Origin: Escherichia phage vB_EcoM_CE1
Direction: 5' to 3' (one strand)
Sequence record: ON229909.1
Length of the DNA stretch: 64,000 nucleotides
Notes under the pieces: model-generated
Told to the model about the DNA's origin: nothing
Seen by the model: the letters and a program-made list of their open reading frames with translations, nothing else
Database searches by the model: none
Program-made: the position numbers and the translations under genes
In this document: piece by piece, positions 45,243 through 55,423 of the stretch
Layout of the letters: each line of letters begins with the position of its first letter
Position numbering within the stretch: the stretch's first letter is position 1

Positions 45243-45869
45243 ATGTATGAATACAAATTTGACGTGAGAGTTGGTTCTAAAATAATCAACTGTCGCGCAT
45301 TTACTCTTAAAGAATATCTAGAACTTATTACTGCTAAAAAGAACGGTTCAGTAGAAGAGATCGTTAAAAAGCTAATCAAAGACTGTACAAATGCAAAAGA
45401 TTTAAACCGCCAAGAATCAGAACTACTGCTGATTCATTTATGGGCACATTCTCTTGGAGAAGTTAATCACGAAAACTCCTGGAAGTGCACCTGTGGAACT
45501 GAAATACCAACCCATATAAATCTATTACATACACAAATAGATGCACCAGAAGACCTCTGGTATACACTGGGTGACATCAAAATTAAGTTCCATTACCCTA
45601 AAATTTTTGATGATAAAAATATAGCCCACATGATAGTATCATGCATAGAAACGATTCATGCTAACGGGGAAAGCATTCCAGTTGAAGACTTAAATGAAAA
45701 GGAACTGGAAGATTTATATTCTATCATCACAGAGTCAGATATTGTAGCTATAAAAGATATGCTTTTAAAGCCTACTGTTTATTTGGCTGTTCCAATTAAG
45801 TGTCCAGAGTGTGGAAAATCTCACGCTCATGTAATAAGAGGACTCAAAGAATTCTTTGAGCTATTGTAA
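45243..45869 (+). CDS. 26: gp26 baseplate hub
   Basis: 208 aa as in T4. Confidence 0.9.
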   Translation: MYEYKFDVRVGSKIINCRAFTLKEYLELITAKKNGSVEEIVKKLIKDCTNAKDLNRQESELLLIHLWAHSLGEVNHENSWKCTCGTEIPTHINLLHTQIDAPEDLWYTLGDIKIKFHYPKIFDDKNIAHMIVSCIETIHANGESIPVEDLNEKELEDLYSIITESDIVAIKDMLLKPTVYLAVPIKCPECGKSHAHVIRGLKEFFELL

Positions 45870-46267
45870 TGGCAAATATTAATAAGCTTTATTCTGACAT
45901 TGACCCAGAAATGAAAATGGATTGGGACAAAGACGTTTCTAGATCTCTTGGATTAAGGTCAATTAAAAATAGCCTTTTGGGAATTATTACAACCAGAAAA
46001 GGGTCAAGGCCATTTGACCCAGAATTTGGTTGCGATTTATCTGATCAGCTTTTTGAGAATATGACTCCTCTTACTGCTGATACTGTTGAGCGTAACATTG
46101 AAAGCGCAGTAAGAAACTACGAGCCACGTATTGATAAATTAGCAGTTAATGTAATACCAGTTTATGATGATTATACTCTGATAGTAGAAATACGCTTTTC
46201 GGTCATCGATAACCCTGATGATATTGAACAGATAAAACTACAATTGGCTTCCAGTAATAGAGTATAA
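45869..46267 (+). CDS. 25: gp25 baseplate wedge
   Basis: 132 aa as in T4. Confidence 0.9.
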   Translation: MANINKLYSDIDPEMKMDWDKDVSRSLGLRSIKNSLLGIITTRKGSRPFDPEFGCDLSDQLFENMTPLTADTVERNIESAVRNYEPRIDKLAVNVIPVYDDYTLIVEIRFSVIDNPDDIEQIKLQLASSNRV

Positions 46268-46293
46268 TGCTTCACGTGTAAACGTGGTATAAT
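46268..46293 (+). promoter_or_regulatory. MotA-dependent middle promoter for uvsY
   Basis: MotA box TGCTTCA, 13 nt, TATAAT. Confidence 0.55.
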
Positions 46294-46333
46294 GAATCTA
46301 AGTCCATCCAATAACAATTGAATAGAGAACAAT

Positions 46334-46747
46334 ATGAGATTAGAAGATCTTCAAGAAGAATTGAAGAAAGATGTGTTTATAGATTCGACTAAATTACAGT
46401 ATGAAGCAGCTAATAATGTGATGTTATATAGTAAATGGCTTAATAAGCATTCAAGTATTAAAAAGGAAATGCTTAGAATTGACGCACAGAAAAAAGTTGC
46501 TCTTAAAGCTAGATTAGACTACTACTCGGGACGAGGAGATGGTGATGAATTTAGTATGGACCGTTATGAGAAATCAGAAATGAAGACAGTTCTATCAGCT
46601 GATAAGGATGTTTTAAAAGTTGATACTTCATTACAATATTGGGGAATTTTATTAGATTTCTGTAGCGGAGCTCTTGATGCTATTAAATCACGTGGATTTG
46701 CTATTAAGCATATTCAAGACATGCGAGCATTTGAGGCTGGAAAATAA
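46334..46747 (+). CDS. uvsY: UvsY recombination mediator
   Basis: 137 aa as in T4. Confidence 0.9.
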   Translation: MRLEDLQEELKKDVFIDSTKLQYEAANNVMLYSKWLNKHSSIKKEMLRIDAQKKVALKARLDYYSGRGDGDEFSMDRYEKSEMKTVLSADKDVLKVDTSLQYWGILLDFCSGALDAIKSRGFAIKHIQDMRAFEAGK

Positions 46748-46971
46748 TGAAATATAGCATTGATGATGCTTTTAATTATGAAGAAGAATTCGAAACGGAA
46801 ATTCAATTCTTAATGAAAAAGCATAATCTTAAGCGTCAGGATATTCGTATCCTGGCCGACCACCCGTGTGGTGAAGATGTCCTTTATATTAAAGGAAAAT
46901 TTGCCGGATATCTTGATGAATATTTTTATTCTAAAGATATGGGCATTGATATGCATATGAGAGTTATATAA
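46747..46971 (+). CDS. hypothetical protein (uvsY-distal)
   Basis: 74-aa ORF; ATGA overlap with uvsY. Confidence 0.55.
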   Translation: MKYSIDDAFNYEEEFETEIQFLMKKHNLKRQDIRILADHPCGEDVLYIKGKFAGYLDEYFYSKDMGIDMHMRVI

Positions 46972-46974
46972 ATA
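46967..46974 (+). promoter_or_regulatory. late promoter TATAAATA
   Basis: exact TATAAATA upstream of small ORF 47000. Confidence 0.4.
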
Positions 46975-46999
46975 GATATATAATTTAGAGGAGACAATC

Positions 47000-47167
47000 A
47001 TGTCAGATAAGATTTGTGTTGTCTGTAAAACTCCAATCGATTCTGCATTGGTTGTTGAAACAGACAAAGGTCCTGTACATCCTGGGCCTTGCTATAATTA
47101 CATCAAAGAACTACCAGTTTCAGAAAGTTCGGAAGAACAATTAAATGAAACACAACTTTTGCTATAG
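47000..47167 (+). CDS. small cysteine-rich protein
   Basis: 55 codons, GGAG SD, CxxC...C motifs (MSDKICVVCKTPIDSALVV...PGPCYNY); below the track length cutoff. Confidence 0.45.
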   Translation: MSDKICVVCKTPIDSALVVETDKGPVHPGPCYNYIKELPVSESSEEQLNETQLLL

Positions 47168-47190
47168 TGTGACCTTTAGTCTATAGTTTT

Positions 47191-47219
47191 GGCCCTTCCT
47201 TTTTGGTTGGGCCTTTTTT
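47191..47219. terminator. hairpin terminator between convergent genes
   Basis: GGCCC...GGGCC stem followed by T6. Confidence 0.45.
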
Positions 47220-47222
47220 AAT

Positions 47223-47453
47223 TTAAAAGCTTTCTTCTACTTCATCGTCTGAATCTTCTAATTCAGCTCTTTTTCCTGCCAAAGCATCTCTCACAGAGAT
47301 GTCATCAGTATCTTTTAATTCAGTTTCTTTAACTCTTTTCTTATAATAAGCTTCAAGTTCTTCTAAACCTTCTAATGTTTGACAAGAGGCAATTTTACCC
47401 ATAAATTCATCAATAGAAGCTTCATAAAGAAATTGTTTAAATCCTAGTAACAT
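47223..47453 (-). CDS. uvsW.1: UvsW.1
   Basis: 76 aa from ATG with GGAG SD (MLLGFKQFLYEASIDEF...); track ORF begins at upstream TTG. Confidence 0.8.
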   Translation of the reverse strand: MLLGFKQFLYEASIDEFMGKIASCQTLEGLEELEAYYKKRVKETELKDTDDISVRDALAGKRAELEDSDDEVEESF

Positions 47454-47478
47454 CTTTTTCTCCAAAGGGCCGAAGCCC

Positions 47479-48990
47479 TTATAAATTAACTGTTTTCATT
47501 ACGTAATTAAATTTTTCATCTGCGTAGCGCTGAATACGATCAATGCCGTGTTTTAAAAGATAGTTCAAATGAACGTATTTCTTTTTCGTATTAGCAGATT
47601 TTGGTCTAACGCCCGCGTCATCTATGAGGTCCCAGACCGTTGCGATTGTTTTAGAACCATGCTTACGTAATACACGACCGATTGTTTGTAATACAATGAT
47701 TTTTGATTTAACGCCGTGCGCTAAAACAACATGATGCAGATTTTTAACTGAAATACCAGTAGAAAATACACCATAACTAGCTACTATAATTATTCCTTTA
47801 CCGTTTTCAGCTAAAGTTTTCATTACGTTGCGTGTTTCAGTATCAACTTCCCCTGATACGTAATAAACTTTATCGTATTCATTTTTAATTAAATCGAAAA
47901 TAGCTTTACCATGCGATACATGTTTAAACATGACAAAAGCGTTTTCATCTTTTTGCGCAAGTTTAATAGCTAATTTAGCGATCCATTTATTTCTTTTACT
48001 GAGCCCAGTAATAATTTTTATTTCTTCTTGGTAAGTTTTTCCCTTTAATTTAGCAGTGAACTCATCGGGATAGCGAAGAAAAATACTATTAATTTTTAGC
48101 TCAGTTACTTGTCCATCTTCCATTAATTTAGAAGTCGTTACTGGCTTAAATATTTCACCAAACATTCCAACATACTGCATGATATTGGCTTTGCCATCAC
48201 GTAATGAACCAGACAAACCGAATTTGAACATGCAGTTATTTAAACCTGATATGATAGATGAAATACTTTTTCCTGTAGCAAGATGGCATTCATCATTCAT
48301 CATCATTCCAAACTGTGAGAACCATTCTTTCGGTTGTTTTACTACAGTTTGCCATGTACCAACAACGACTGGTGCATCATTTTTATATTTATCATCTTTT
48401 GATGCTCCGCCACCAATTTTCTTTATCATTGCATGACTGAATAAACGATAGTCAACAAAGTCATCAGCCATCTGAGTTGTCAGAGCAGTTGTTGGAACAA
48501 TGATAAGAATTTTACCTTCATAATTTTCCAAATAATATCGCGCAAGCAAAGCTTGAATTAAAGATTTACCTGCAGATGTTGGAAGATTAAGAATTCTACG
48601 ACGATTAACTAATCCTTCGAACACTGCATCTTTTTGATACCAGTGTGGTTCAATTCTTTTATTTCCTGAATAGATTTCTAATTTAGAAAGCCATTCATCA
48701 AAATCTTTTCTTGATAATTCTTCTTTTTCGTTAATTTGTGGGTCAATCCAGGCTTTATAGCCAAAGTTATCACAGAACTTTTTAATTTGCCCGACTAAGC
48801 CGAATGGAAGAAGACGATTATAATCTAAAAGACGGATTCGTCCATCCCAGTTGCCATATCTGAAGCGAGGATTAAAACGATACCCATCAGCTTCAAAGCT
48901 AAAGAAATCACGGAGTTCATGAAATGTACTTTCTTCACAATCAATTCTCACGTGACTAAAATCATAAAAATGTACTTTAATGTCAGTCAT
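47479..48990 (-). CDS. uvsW: UvsW DNA helicase
   Basis: 503 aa as in T4; helicase motifs (NLPTSAGKS Walker A, DECH). Confidence 0.95.
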   Translation of the reverse strand: MTDIKVHFYDFSHVRIDCEESTFHELRDFFSFEADGYRFNPRFRYGNWDGRIRLLDYNRLLPFGLVGQIKKFCDNFGYKAWIDPQINEKEELSRKDFDEWLSKLEIYSGNKRIEPHWYQKDAVFEGLVNRRRILNLPTSAGKSLIQALLARYYLENYEGKILIIVPTTALTTQMADDFVDYRLFSHAMIKKIGGGASKDDKYKNDAPVVVGTWQTVVKQPKEWFSQFGMMMNDECHLATGKSISSIISGLNNCMFKFGLSGSLRDGKANIMQYVGMFGEIFKPVTTSKLMEDGQVTELKINSIFLRYPDEFTAKLKGKTYQEEIKIITGLSKRNKWIAKLAIKLAQKDENAFVMFKHVSHGKAIFDLIKNEYDKVYYVSGEVDTETRNVMKTLAENGKGIIIVASYGVFSTGISVKNLHHVVLAHGVKSKIIVLQTIGRVLRKHGSKTIATVWDLIDDAGVRPKSANTKKKYVHLNYLLKHGIDRIQRYADEKFNYVMKTVNL

Positions 48991-49019
48991 GTCTAAATAC
49001 CATGTAATAAATATATCTA

Positions 49020-49027
49020 TATTTATA
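49020..49027 (-). promoter_or_regulatory. late promoter TATAAATA for uvsW
   Basis: TATAAATA on minus strand ~30 nt upstream of uvsW start. Confidence 0.45.
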
Positions 49028-49040
49028 CTGAGGAAATATT

Positions 49041-49721
49041 ATGATAGATAAAGATTATATTGCAGAGCTGAAGGCTCTTGATGATAATAAAGAAGCTAAG
49101 GCTAAATTAGCTGAATATGCTGAACAGTTTGGTATAAAGGTCAAAAAGAATAAATCTTTTGATAATATCGTTATTGATATTGAAGAAGCCCTCCAGAAGC
49201 TCGCTAGTGAACCTATGCCAGAGACTGATGGGTTATCTATTAAAGACTTAATTAATGCTGCTGATGCTGCAGAGGGATTAAAATATGACGATGAAGAGGT
49301 CAATCCAGAAGCAGCACTTCTGATTGATTCTCCGGTTAAATCTGATATTAAAATTGAAGTGGTAGAAACGGATAAAATTCCTGAAAATACTGACGTTTTG
49401 ATTGAAGATACTCCTTTTGTTGAAGAAAAATTCGAACAGGCTGTAGCTGAGATTATTGAATCTGAAAAGCCGTCTGTATTTACTCTTCCGGAAAACTTTA
49501 GTCCGAATCTTCAGCTGATTGGAAAAAATCCAGGATTCTGCACTGTTCCTTGGTGGATTTATCAATGGATTGCTGAAACTCCGGATTGGAAATCTCACCC
49601 AACTAGTTTTGAACACGCGTCGGCACACCAAACTTTATTTAGCTTAATTTACTACATTAACCGTGACGGATCAGTTCTAATTCGTGAAACACGTAATTCT
49701 TCTTTCGTAACATTAAAATAA
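49041..49721 (+). CDS. inh: Inh inhibitor of prohead protease
   Basis: 226 aa as in T4; between uvsW and hoc. Confidence 0.85.
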   Translation: MIDKDYIAELKALDDNKEAKAKLAEYAEQFGIKVKKNKSFDNIVIDIEEALQKLASEPMPETDGLSIKDLINAADAAEGLKYDDEEVNPEAALLIDSPVKSDIKIEVVETDKIPENTDVLIEDTPFVEEKFEQAVAEIIESEKPSVFTLPENFSPNLQLIGKNPGFCTVPWWIYQWIAETPDWKSHPTSFEHASAHQTLFSLIYYINRDGSVLIRETRNSSFVTLK

Positions 49722-49730
49722 GGATAACTT

Positions 49731-50860
49731 ATGACTTTTACAGTTGATATAACTCCTAAAACACCAACGGGGGTTATTGATGAAACCAAGCAGTTTACTG
49801 CTGCACCCAGTGGTCAAACTGAAGGTGGAACTATTACCTATGCTTGGAGTGTAGATAATGTTCCACAGGATGGAGCTGAAGCAACCTTTAATTATGTACT
49901 AAAAGGACCTGCCGGTCAAAAGACTATTAAAGTGGTTGCAACCAATCAAGTTGCCGATAGTAGTCCCGAAACAGCAGAAGCTTCTACAACTATCACAGTT
50001 CAAAATAAGACACAGACAACTACCTTAGCTGTAACTCCTGCTAGTCCTGCTGCTGGAGTAATTGGAACTCCTGTTGAATTTACCGCTACTTTAGCTTCGC
50101 AGCCATCGGGCGCAAACGCCACATATCAGTGGTATGTAGATGATTCTCCTGTGAGCGAAGCAACTAGTGCTACATTCAATTACACTCCTACTACAAGCGG
50201 AGTTAAAAAATTAAGTGTGTAGCTCAAGTAACAGCGACAGATTATGATACAAAAGAAGTTACTTCTAATGAAGTATCATTGACAGTTAATAAGAAGACAA
50301 TGAATCCACAGATTGCATTGACTCCTCCTTCTATTAATGTTCAGCAGGATGCTTCGGCTACATTTACTGCTAATGTTACTGGCGCACCTGACGCAGCACA
50401 AATTACTTACTCATGGAAGAAAGATTCTTCTCCTGTAGAAGGGTCAACTAACGTATATACTGTCGATACCTCATCTGTTGGAAGTCAAACTATTGAAGTT
50501 ACTGCAACTGTTACTGCTGCTGATTATGATAGCAAAACTATTACAGCAACAGGTCAAGTTCAGGTAACTGATAAAGTTGCTCCAGAACCAGAAGGTGAAT
50601 TGCCTTATGTCCATCCTCTTCCACATCGTACTTCAGCTTACATCTGGTGCGGTTGGTGGGTTATGGATGAAATTCAAAAAATGACTGAAGAAGGTAAAGA
50701 TTGGAAAACTGACGACCCAGATAGTAAGTACTACTTGCATCGTTACACTCTTCAGAAGATGATGAAAGACTATCCAGAAGTTGATGTTCAAGAATCGCGT
50801 AATGGATACATCATTCATAAAACTGCTTTAGAAACTGGTATCATCTATACCTATCCATAA
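49731..50860 (+). pseudogene. hoc: hoc (outer capsid protein) interrupted by a 1-nt frameshift
   Basis: ORF 49731..50222 (163 aa) stops at TAG; the remainder continues in the +1 frame to 50860; 163 + 213 codons = 376, the length of T4 Hoc. Confidence 0.75.
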
Positions 50861-50865
50861 TCTCA

Positions 50866-50885
50866 GGGGCTTCGGCCCCTTTCTT
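50866..50885 (+). terminator. UUCG hairpin terminator after hoc
   Basis: GGGGC-UUCG-GCCCC followed by T-rich tract. Confidence 0.55.
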
Positions 50886-50948
50886 CATTTTGAAAGCACA
50901 CAAAACACAATCAGAAAACGATGTATATAATGGCACCAACTCGATAAC

Positions 50949-51164
50949 ATGAGATTGATTATGAGAACTGAGGTTGTGGTGTTTACACTCCATGAGTCTG
51001 GAAAGTCATTCATTGAAATTGCTCGTGAATTGAACTTACAGGCAAAGGAAGTGGCTGTATTATGGGCTCGAGCTATGACTGCTAAGAATAAATTTGAGAC
51101 TCGAGAAAAAGTTGTCTATAGAAAAAGACATATTAATAAGAAGGTGAAAAATGGAACAGTATGA
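50949..51164 (+). CDS. hypothetical protein
   Basis: 71-aa ORF; start uncertain. Confidence 0.4.
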   Translation: MRLIMRTEVVVFTLHESGKSFIEIARELNLQAKEVAVLWARAMTAKNKFETREKVVYRKRHINKKVKNGTV

Positions 51165-51429
51165 TCTTTATGAAAATGAATCTTTTGCTAATCAATTACG
51201 CGAAAAAGCCCTTAAAAGTAAACAGTTTAAATTAGAGTGTTTTATTAAAGATTTTTCTGAACTTGCTAATAAAGCAGCTGAACAAGGTAAAACATATTTT
51301 AGTTATTATTGTACTGCTCGTGATAAATTGATTACTGAAGAAATTGGTGATTGGCTGAGAAAAGAAGGATTTAGCTTTAAAGTCAATAGTGATCAGCGTG
51401 ATGGTGATTGGTTAGAAATTACATTTTGA
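51151..51429 (+). CDS. hypothetical protein
   Basis: 92-aa ORF upstream of rnlB. Confidence 0.5.
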   Translation: MEQYDLYENESFANQLREKALKSKQFKLECFIKDFSELANKAAEQGKTYFSYYCTARDKLITEEIGDWLRKEGFSFKVNSDQRDGDWLEITF

Positions 51430-51438
51430 GGATTAATT

Positions 51439-52443
51439 ATGTTTAAAAAGTATAGCAGTCTTGAAAATCATTACAATTCTAAATTCATTGAAAAACTCTA
51501 CAGTTTAGGATTGACTGGTGGCGAATGGGTAGCTCGTGAAAAGATTCATGGCACAAATTTCTCACTGATTATTGAACGCGATAAAGCAACTTGTGCTAAA
51601 CGTACTGGTCCTATTCTTCCTGCTGAAGATTTCTTTGGGTATGAAATTATTCTAAAGAATTACGCTGATTCCATTAAAGCAGTACAAGATATTATGGAAA
51701 CCTCAGCGGTTGTATCTTATCAAGTCTTTGGCGAATTCGCTGGACCTGGCATTCAGAAGAATGTTGATTATGGTGATAAAGATTTTTATGTATTTGACAT
51801 TATTGTTACTACCGAAAGTGGTGATGTGACTTATGTCGATGATTATATGATGGAATCATTCTGTAATACATTTAAATTTAAAATGGCTCCACTTTTGGGT
51901 CGCGGTAAATTTGAAGAGCTTATTAAATTGCCAAATGATTTAGATTCTGTCGTCCAAGATTATAATTTTACAGTAGACCATGCTGGATTAGTTGATGCAA
52001 ATAAATGCGTTTGGAATGCCGAAGCAAAAGGCGAAGTATTTACTGCTGAAGGATATGTATTGAAACCTTGTTATCCTTCTTGGATGCCTAATGGCAATCG
52101 CGTAGCCATCAAATGCAAGAACTCTAAATTTAGTGAAAAGAAAAAGTCTGATAAACCTATTAAAGCTAAAGTTGAGTTGTCAGAAGCTGATAATAAATTG
52201 CTGGGAATTTTAGCTTGCTACGTTACACTGAACCGAGTAAATAACGTTATTTCTAAAATTGGCGAAATTGGTCCAAAAGATTTTGGAAAGGTGATGGGAC
52301 TAACTGTTCAAGATATTTTGGAAGAAACTTCTCGTGAAGGTATTACTCTAACTCAAGCAGATAATCCTTCTTTGGTTAAAAAGGAATTAGTTAAAATGGT
52401 ACAAGATGTACTTCGTCCGGCTTGGATTGAATTGGTAAGTTAA
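51439..52443 (+). CDS. rnlB: RNA ligase 2
   Basis: 334 aa as T4 Rnl2; KIHGTN nucleotidyltransferase motif. Confidence 0.9.
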   Translation: MFKKYSSLENHYNSKFIEKLYSLGLTGGEWVAREKIHGTNFSLIIERDKATCAKRTGPILPAEDFFGYEIILKNYADSIKAVQDIMETSAVVSYQVFGEFAGPGIQKNVDYGDKDFYVFDIIVTTESGDVTYVDDYMMESFCNTFKFKMAPLLGRGKFEELIKLPNDLDSVVQDYNFTVDHAGLVDANKCVWNAEAKGEVFTAEGYVLKPCYPSWMPNGNRVAIKCKNSKFSEKKKSDKPIKAKVELSEADNKLLGILACYVTLNRVNNVISKIGEIGPKDFGKVMGLTVQDILEETSREGITLTQADNPSLVKKELVKMVQDVLRPAWIELVS

Positions 52444-52447
52444 ATAA

Positions 52448-52469
52448 AAAGGGACCGAAAGGTCCCTTT
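52448..52469. terminator. bidirectional hairpin between rnlB and gene 24
   Basis: AAAGGGACC-GAAA-GGUCCCUUU. Confidence 0.55.
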
Positions 52470-52472
52470 GTT

Positions 52473-53756
52473 TTATTCATCAACGATAATTTTTGGTAGC
52501 TTAACACCTAATAAAACAGACAAATCTGAACGACCCGCCATTTTATCCATGTCTCCACCATCAATTATTCTTGCTTCTTTTTCATCTTTTGCTACAGTGT
52601 AAGGATTTGCTGATAAAGCATATCTAACTAATAAACCGATAGATGGCTGCAAACTTTCTGGGTCAACTACAACTTTAAATGCACCTACATGTTCAGGGTC
52701 ATCTAAGTCAAGACCTTCTGTATACGGAGCATAGAAAATTGATCCAACAATTTCTTTTTCGCCAATATTTTCTACCACACCAACGATTACATAATCTAAT
52801 GGGCTGTTAGTATCACAATAAAGCGGTAAACCATTAGCTAAGAACCCATAGGCATTTTGTGAAAGATATTTGTCATCTTCTGGTTTATGTTTTAACCAAC
52901 CTGATGCAGCAAGAATCGCGGCGGCACGAGCTGAAGCAACACAGAACGTTGCTGTATAAGTTGATTCTTTTTGGATATGTGAAACCATTTCACATACCAT
53001 TCGGTATAATGAACGACCAGCTTCAGGTGCAGATGCATAACTCAAATCAATGAATCCAGTATCAGTAATTCCTGTAACTTTATAGCGTTTTGACACTGTA
53101 ATCAAAGACTGTAGAATATCTTTATTGATTTCATCCGCCATTTCAGTTGCAAGCAAATCTTCCAAGAAATTAGGAGCATCGAATCCATTTGCTTCTAAAT
53201 CTTGTGCTAATTCAACTGTGATGCCAGTTTTAAGTTTACGAGATTTAACTGCGGTTTGCCATTTATTAATCTGGAATCTAGCATCCGCAATTTCACTATC
53301 AGAGCTTTCAAATTTGCTTGTTGACGCTGCGTCAGAAAATAGACGAACCTTTAAAAGAACAATTGCAATCTGAAGAGCTAATTCTAAATCACTTTCTTCA
53401 ATGGTAGCAAATGGTGTATCTTCTAATACTTTATAAACGATATTATTATATTTGAATAAATCGCCTTTATTGAGAGTTAATTTAGACTCTTCTGTTAATT
53501 CTGTGATTTGTTCTCGGTCTACATATCCAGCTTCGCCAGCGTAAGTAGCACCAGTTTTAAATGTAAATTCGTTATCTGGGTTAAGGTATTTGATACCGTA
53601 AAAAGCAGCAACAGGTTGATTAGTTCTTTGCGTTGCTACAATGTCAGAATATATTAATTTAGTGGTAGCGCGAGTCAAAGCAACGAGATTTGGGCGACCG
53701 ATTGAGTTGCTATTCGTTGTGGTTGATTCGCGCAGAAGTTCGTTGATTTTAGCCAT
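52473..53756 (-). CDS. 24: gp24 capsid vertex protein
   Basis: 427 aa as in T4. Confidence 0.95.
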   Translation of the reverse strand: MAKINELLRESTTTNSNSIGRPNLVALTRATTKLIYSDIVATQRTNQPVAAFYGIKYLNPDNEFTFKTGATYAGEAGYVDREQITELTEESKLTLNKGDLFKYNNIVYKVLEDTPFATIEESDLELALQIAIVLLKVRLFSDAASTSKFESSDSEIADARFQINKWQTAVKSRKLKTGITVELAQDLEANGFDAPNFLEDLLATEMADEINKDILQSLITVSKRYKVTGITDTGFIDLSYASAPEAGRSLYRMVCEMVSHIQKESTYTATFCVASARAAAILAASGWLKHKPEDDKYLSQNAYGFLANGLPLYCDTNSPLDYVIVGVVENIGEKEIVGSIFYAPYTEGLDLDDPEHVGAFKVVVDPESLQPSIGLLVRYALSANPYTVAKDEKEARIIDGGDMDKMAGRSDLSVLLGVKLPKIIVDE

Positions 53757-53783
53757 TGCGCTTTCCTTTTGGTTTATATGATT

Positions 53784-53791
53784 TATTTATA
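53784..53791 (-). promoter_or_regulatory. late promoter TATAAATA for gene 24
   Basis: TATAAATA on minus strand ~30 nt upstream of gene 24. Confidence 0.5.
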
Positions 53792-53805
53792 CCATAAAAA
53801 CAACT

Positions 53806-53826
53806 AAAGGGACCCGAAGGTCCCTT
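53806..53826 (-). terminator. terminator hairpin after gene 23
   Basis: AAGGGACC-UUCG-GGUCCCUU on minus strand immediately after gene 23 stop. Confidence 0.6.
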
Positions 53827-53839
53827 AAATCGTCAAAGA

Positions 53840-55405
53840 TTAGATACCTTTAACATATACACGGCGGAAGTAAGCGTTTTTACCAAGGCTATTCAGAATA
53901 GAAGGCATACCGCTCTGGATGCGAGAAGCCGGAGCCTGAGCAGCGGATTCTGCAAATGGGTTGATACCGATACCGTAACGAGTTTTGAATCCCATTACTG
54001 GTTGGAAGTTCTTCGGATCGGAACCACGCAGCGGAGTCAGAGCTACATATGGAGCATAGTAAATACCAGCATCCATTTCGTTCGGACCTTTATAACCTAC
54101 AGTGAAATAATCCTGTTTAGCATACTGGTCGATATATACACGGTATTTACCACCCAGAACACCAGCAAATACTGACTTGGTAGTATCAGTGTTAAAGCCG
54201 GTAGCCAGACCCTGTGCAGCATAAGAAATGCCGGTATCAACTGAAGCCAGAACGTTAACTACGTTACGGGAAGCGATAATGAAGTTACCTTCACCACGAC
54301 CGGTCTGACGAGCAATTTCAACTGCTTCTTTGTCAATCTGGAACAACAGAGCTTTAAAGGATTCACCCGCCCAGCGAGCACCACGAATATCAATCGGATC
54401 CTGGAAGTCAAATACACCAGCTTTAGAACCCGGAGTCAGGGTCATACCAGATTTACCAACCTGAGCTGAGTAGTTAATCCAATCAACAACTTCGCGGTTG
54501 ATTTCCAGCATGATTTCGGTAGCTAGAATACCAGACAGTTCAGCATCAGCATCCATACCGTGAACAGCGCGGAGGTCTTGTGCTAATTCGATAGAGTAAG
54601 CAGCTTTCAGCTGGCGAGATTTAGCTTCGATAACTTGTTTATCGATACGGAAGCCCATTTCATTCCATGGGTTATCGGTAGAACCGTTGAAACCTTCCTG
54701 AAGTTCAGCGATAGAAGTAGCCATACCTTCAGCGATTTCTACCAGTACACCAGCTTCCATTTGTTTCTTAATTTCAGCATCTAATTTAGCTACGTCAGAT
54801 GCAGTGGAATCAATTTGTTTAGCTTCTGTAGCTTGCAGATACACAGTACCAGTGTCCTGGAAGAAGTGGGTGTAAATAGTTCCAACTTCAAGAGTATCAC
54901 TTGCTTTCAAAGCAGCGAATTTCTTAGCAGCACCCTGACCAGAGAACATTGCATCTGGACCATACATTGGGTGGAATGCTTCTTTAGCGCCGGCAGCGAT
55001 TGGGTCTTTACCATATACTGCGCGCAGTGCGAATACCTGACCAGTTGGGCTGTTCATCGGCTGAACACCGCAAATATCGAAAGCAATCAGGTTAGGAATA
55101 GCACGACGTACCATACCCATAACAGCTGGGCCAATCTGAGTTACTGCGCCAGAAGTCTGACCAGCAGCGATGTTAGTAGCGTTGTAACCGTGGTCACCAC
55201 CGATTTCAGCTTCTGTTAAGAAAGAACCGAATGCCTGAGCAATTTTTTCGTCTTTGTACTCTGGAGCTGTCTGGAAATCTTTTTCCTGGTTTTCAAAGAT
55301 TTTAGCGATAATCGCTTGTTTGCTATTAGCAATTTCCGGTAAACCTTCACCTTCCAGTAATGGCTTCCATTTGTTCAAAAGTTCAGCTTTAGTTTTGATA
55401 GTCAT
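53840..55405 (-). CDS. 23: gp23 major capsid protein
   Basis: 521 aa, MTIKTKAELLNKWKPLLEGEGLPEIANSKQAIIAKIFENQEKDFQ...; matches T4 gp23. Confidence 0.97.
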   Translation of the reverse strand: MTIKTKAELLNKWKPLLEGEGLPEIANSKQAIIAKIFENQEKDFQTAPEYKDEKIAQAFGSFLTEAEIGGDHGYNATNIAAGQTSGAVTQIGPAVMGMVRRAIPNLIAFDICGVQPMNSPTGQVFALRAVYGKDPIAAGAKEAFHPMYGPDAMFSGQGAAKKFAALKASDTLEVGTIYTHFFQDTGTVYLQATEAKQIDSTASDVAKLDAEIKKQMEAGVLVEIAEGMATSIAELQEGFNGSTDNPWNEMGFRIDKQVIEAKSRQLKAAYSIELAQDLRAVHGMDADAELSGILATEIMLEINREVVDWINYSAQVGKSGMTLTPGSKAGVFDFQDPIDIRGARWAGESFKALLFQIDKEAVEIARQTGRGEGNFIIASRNVVNVLASVDTGISYAAQGLATGFNTDTTKSVFAGVLGGKYRVYIDQYAKQDYFTVGYKGPNEMDAGIYYAPYVALTPLRGSDPKNFQPVMGFKTRYGIGINPFAESAAQAPASRIQSGMPSILNSLGKNAYFRRVYVKGI

Positions 55406-55423
55406 TTGTGTTAACCTTTAAAA

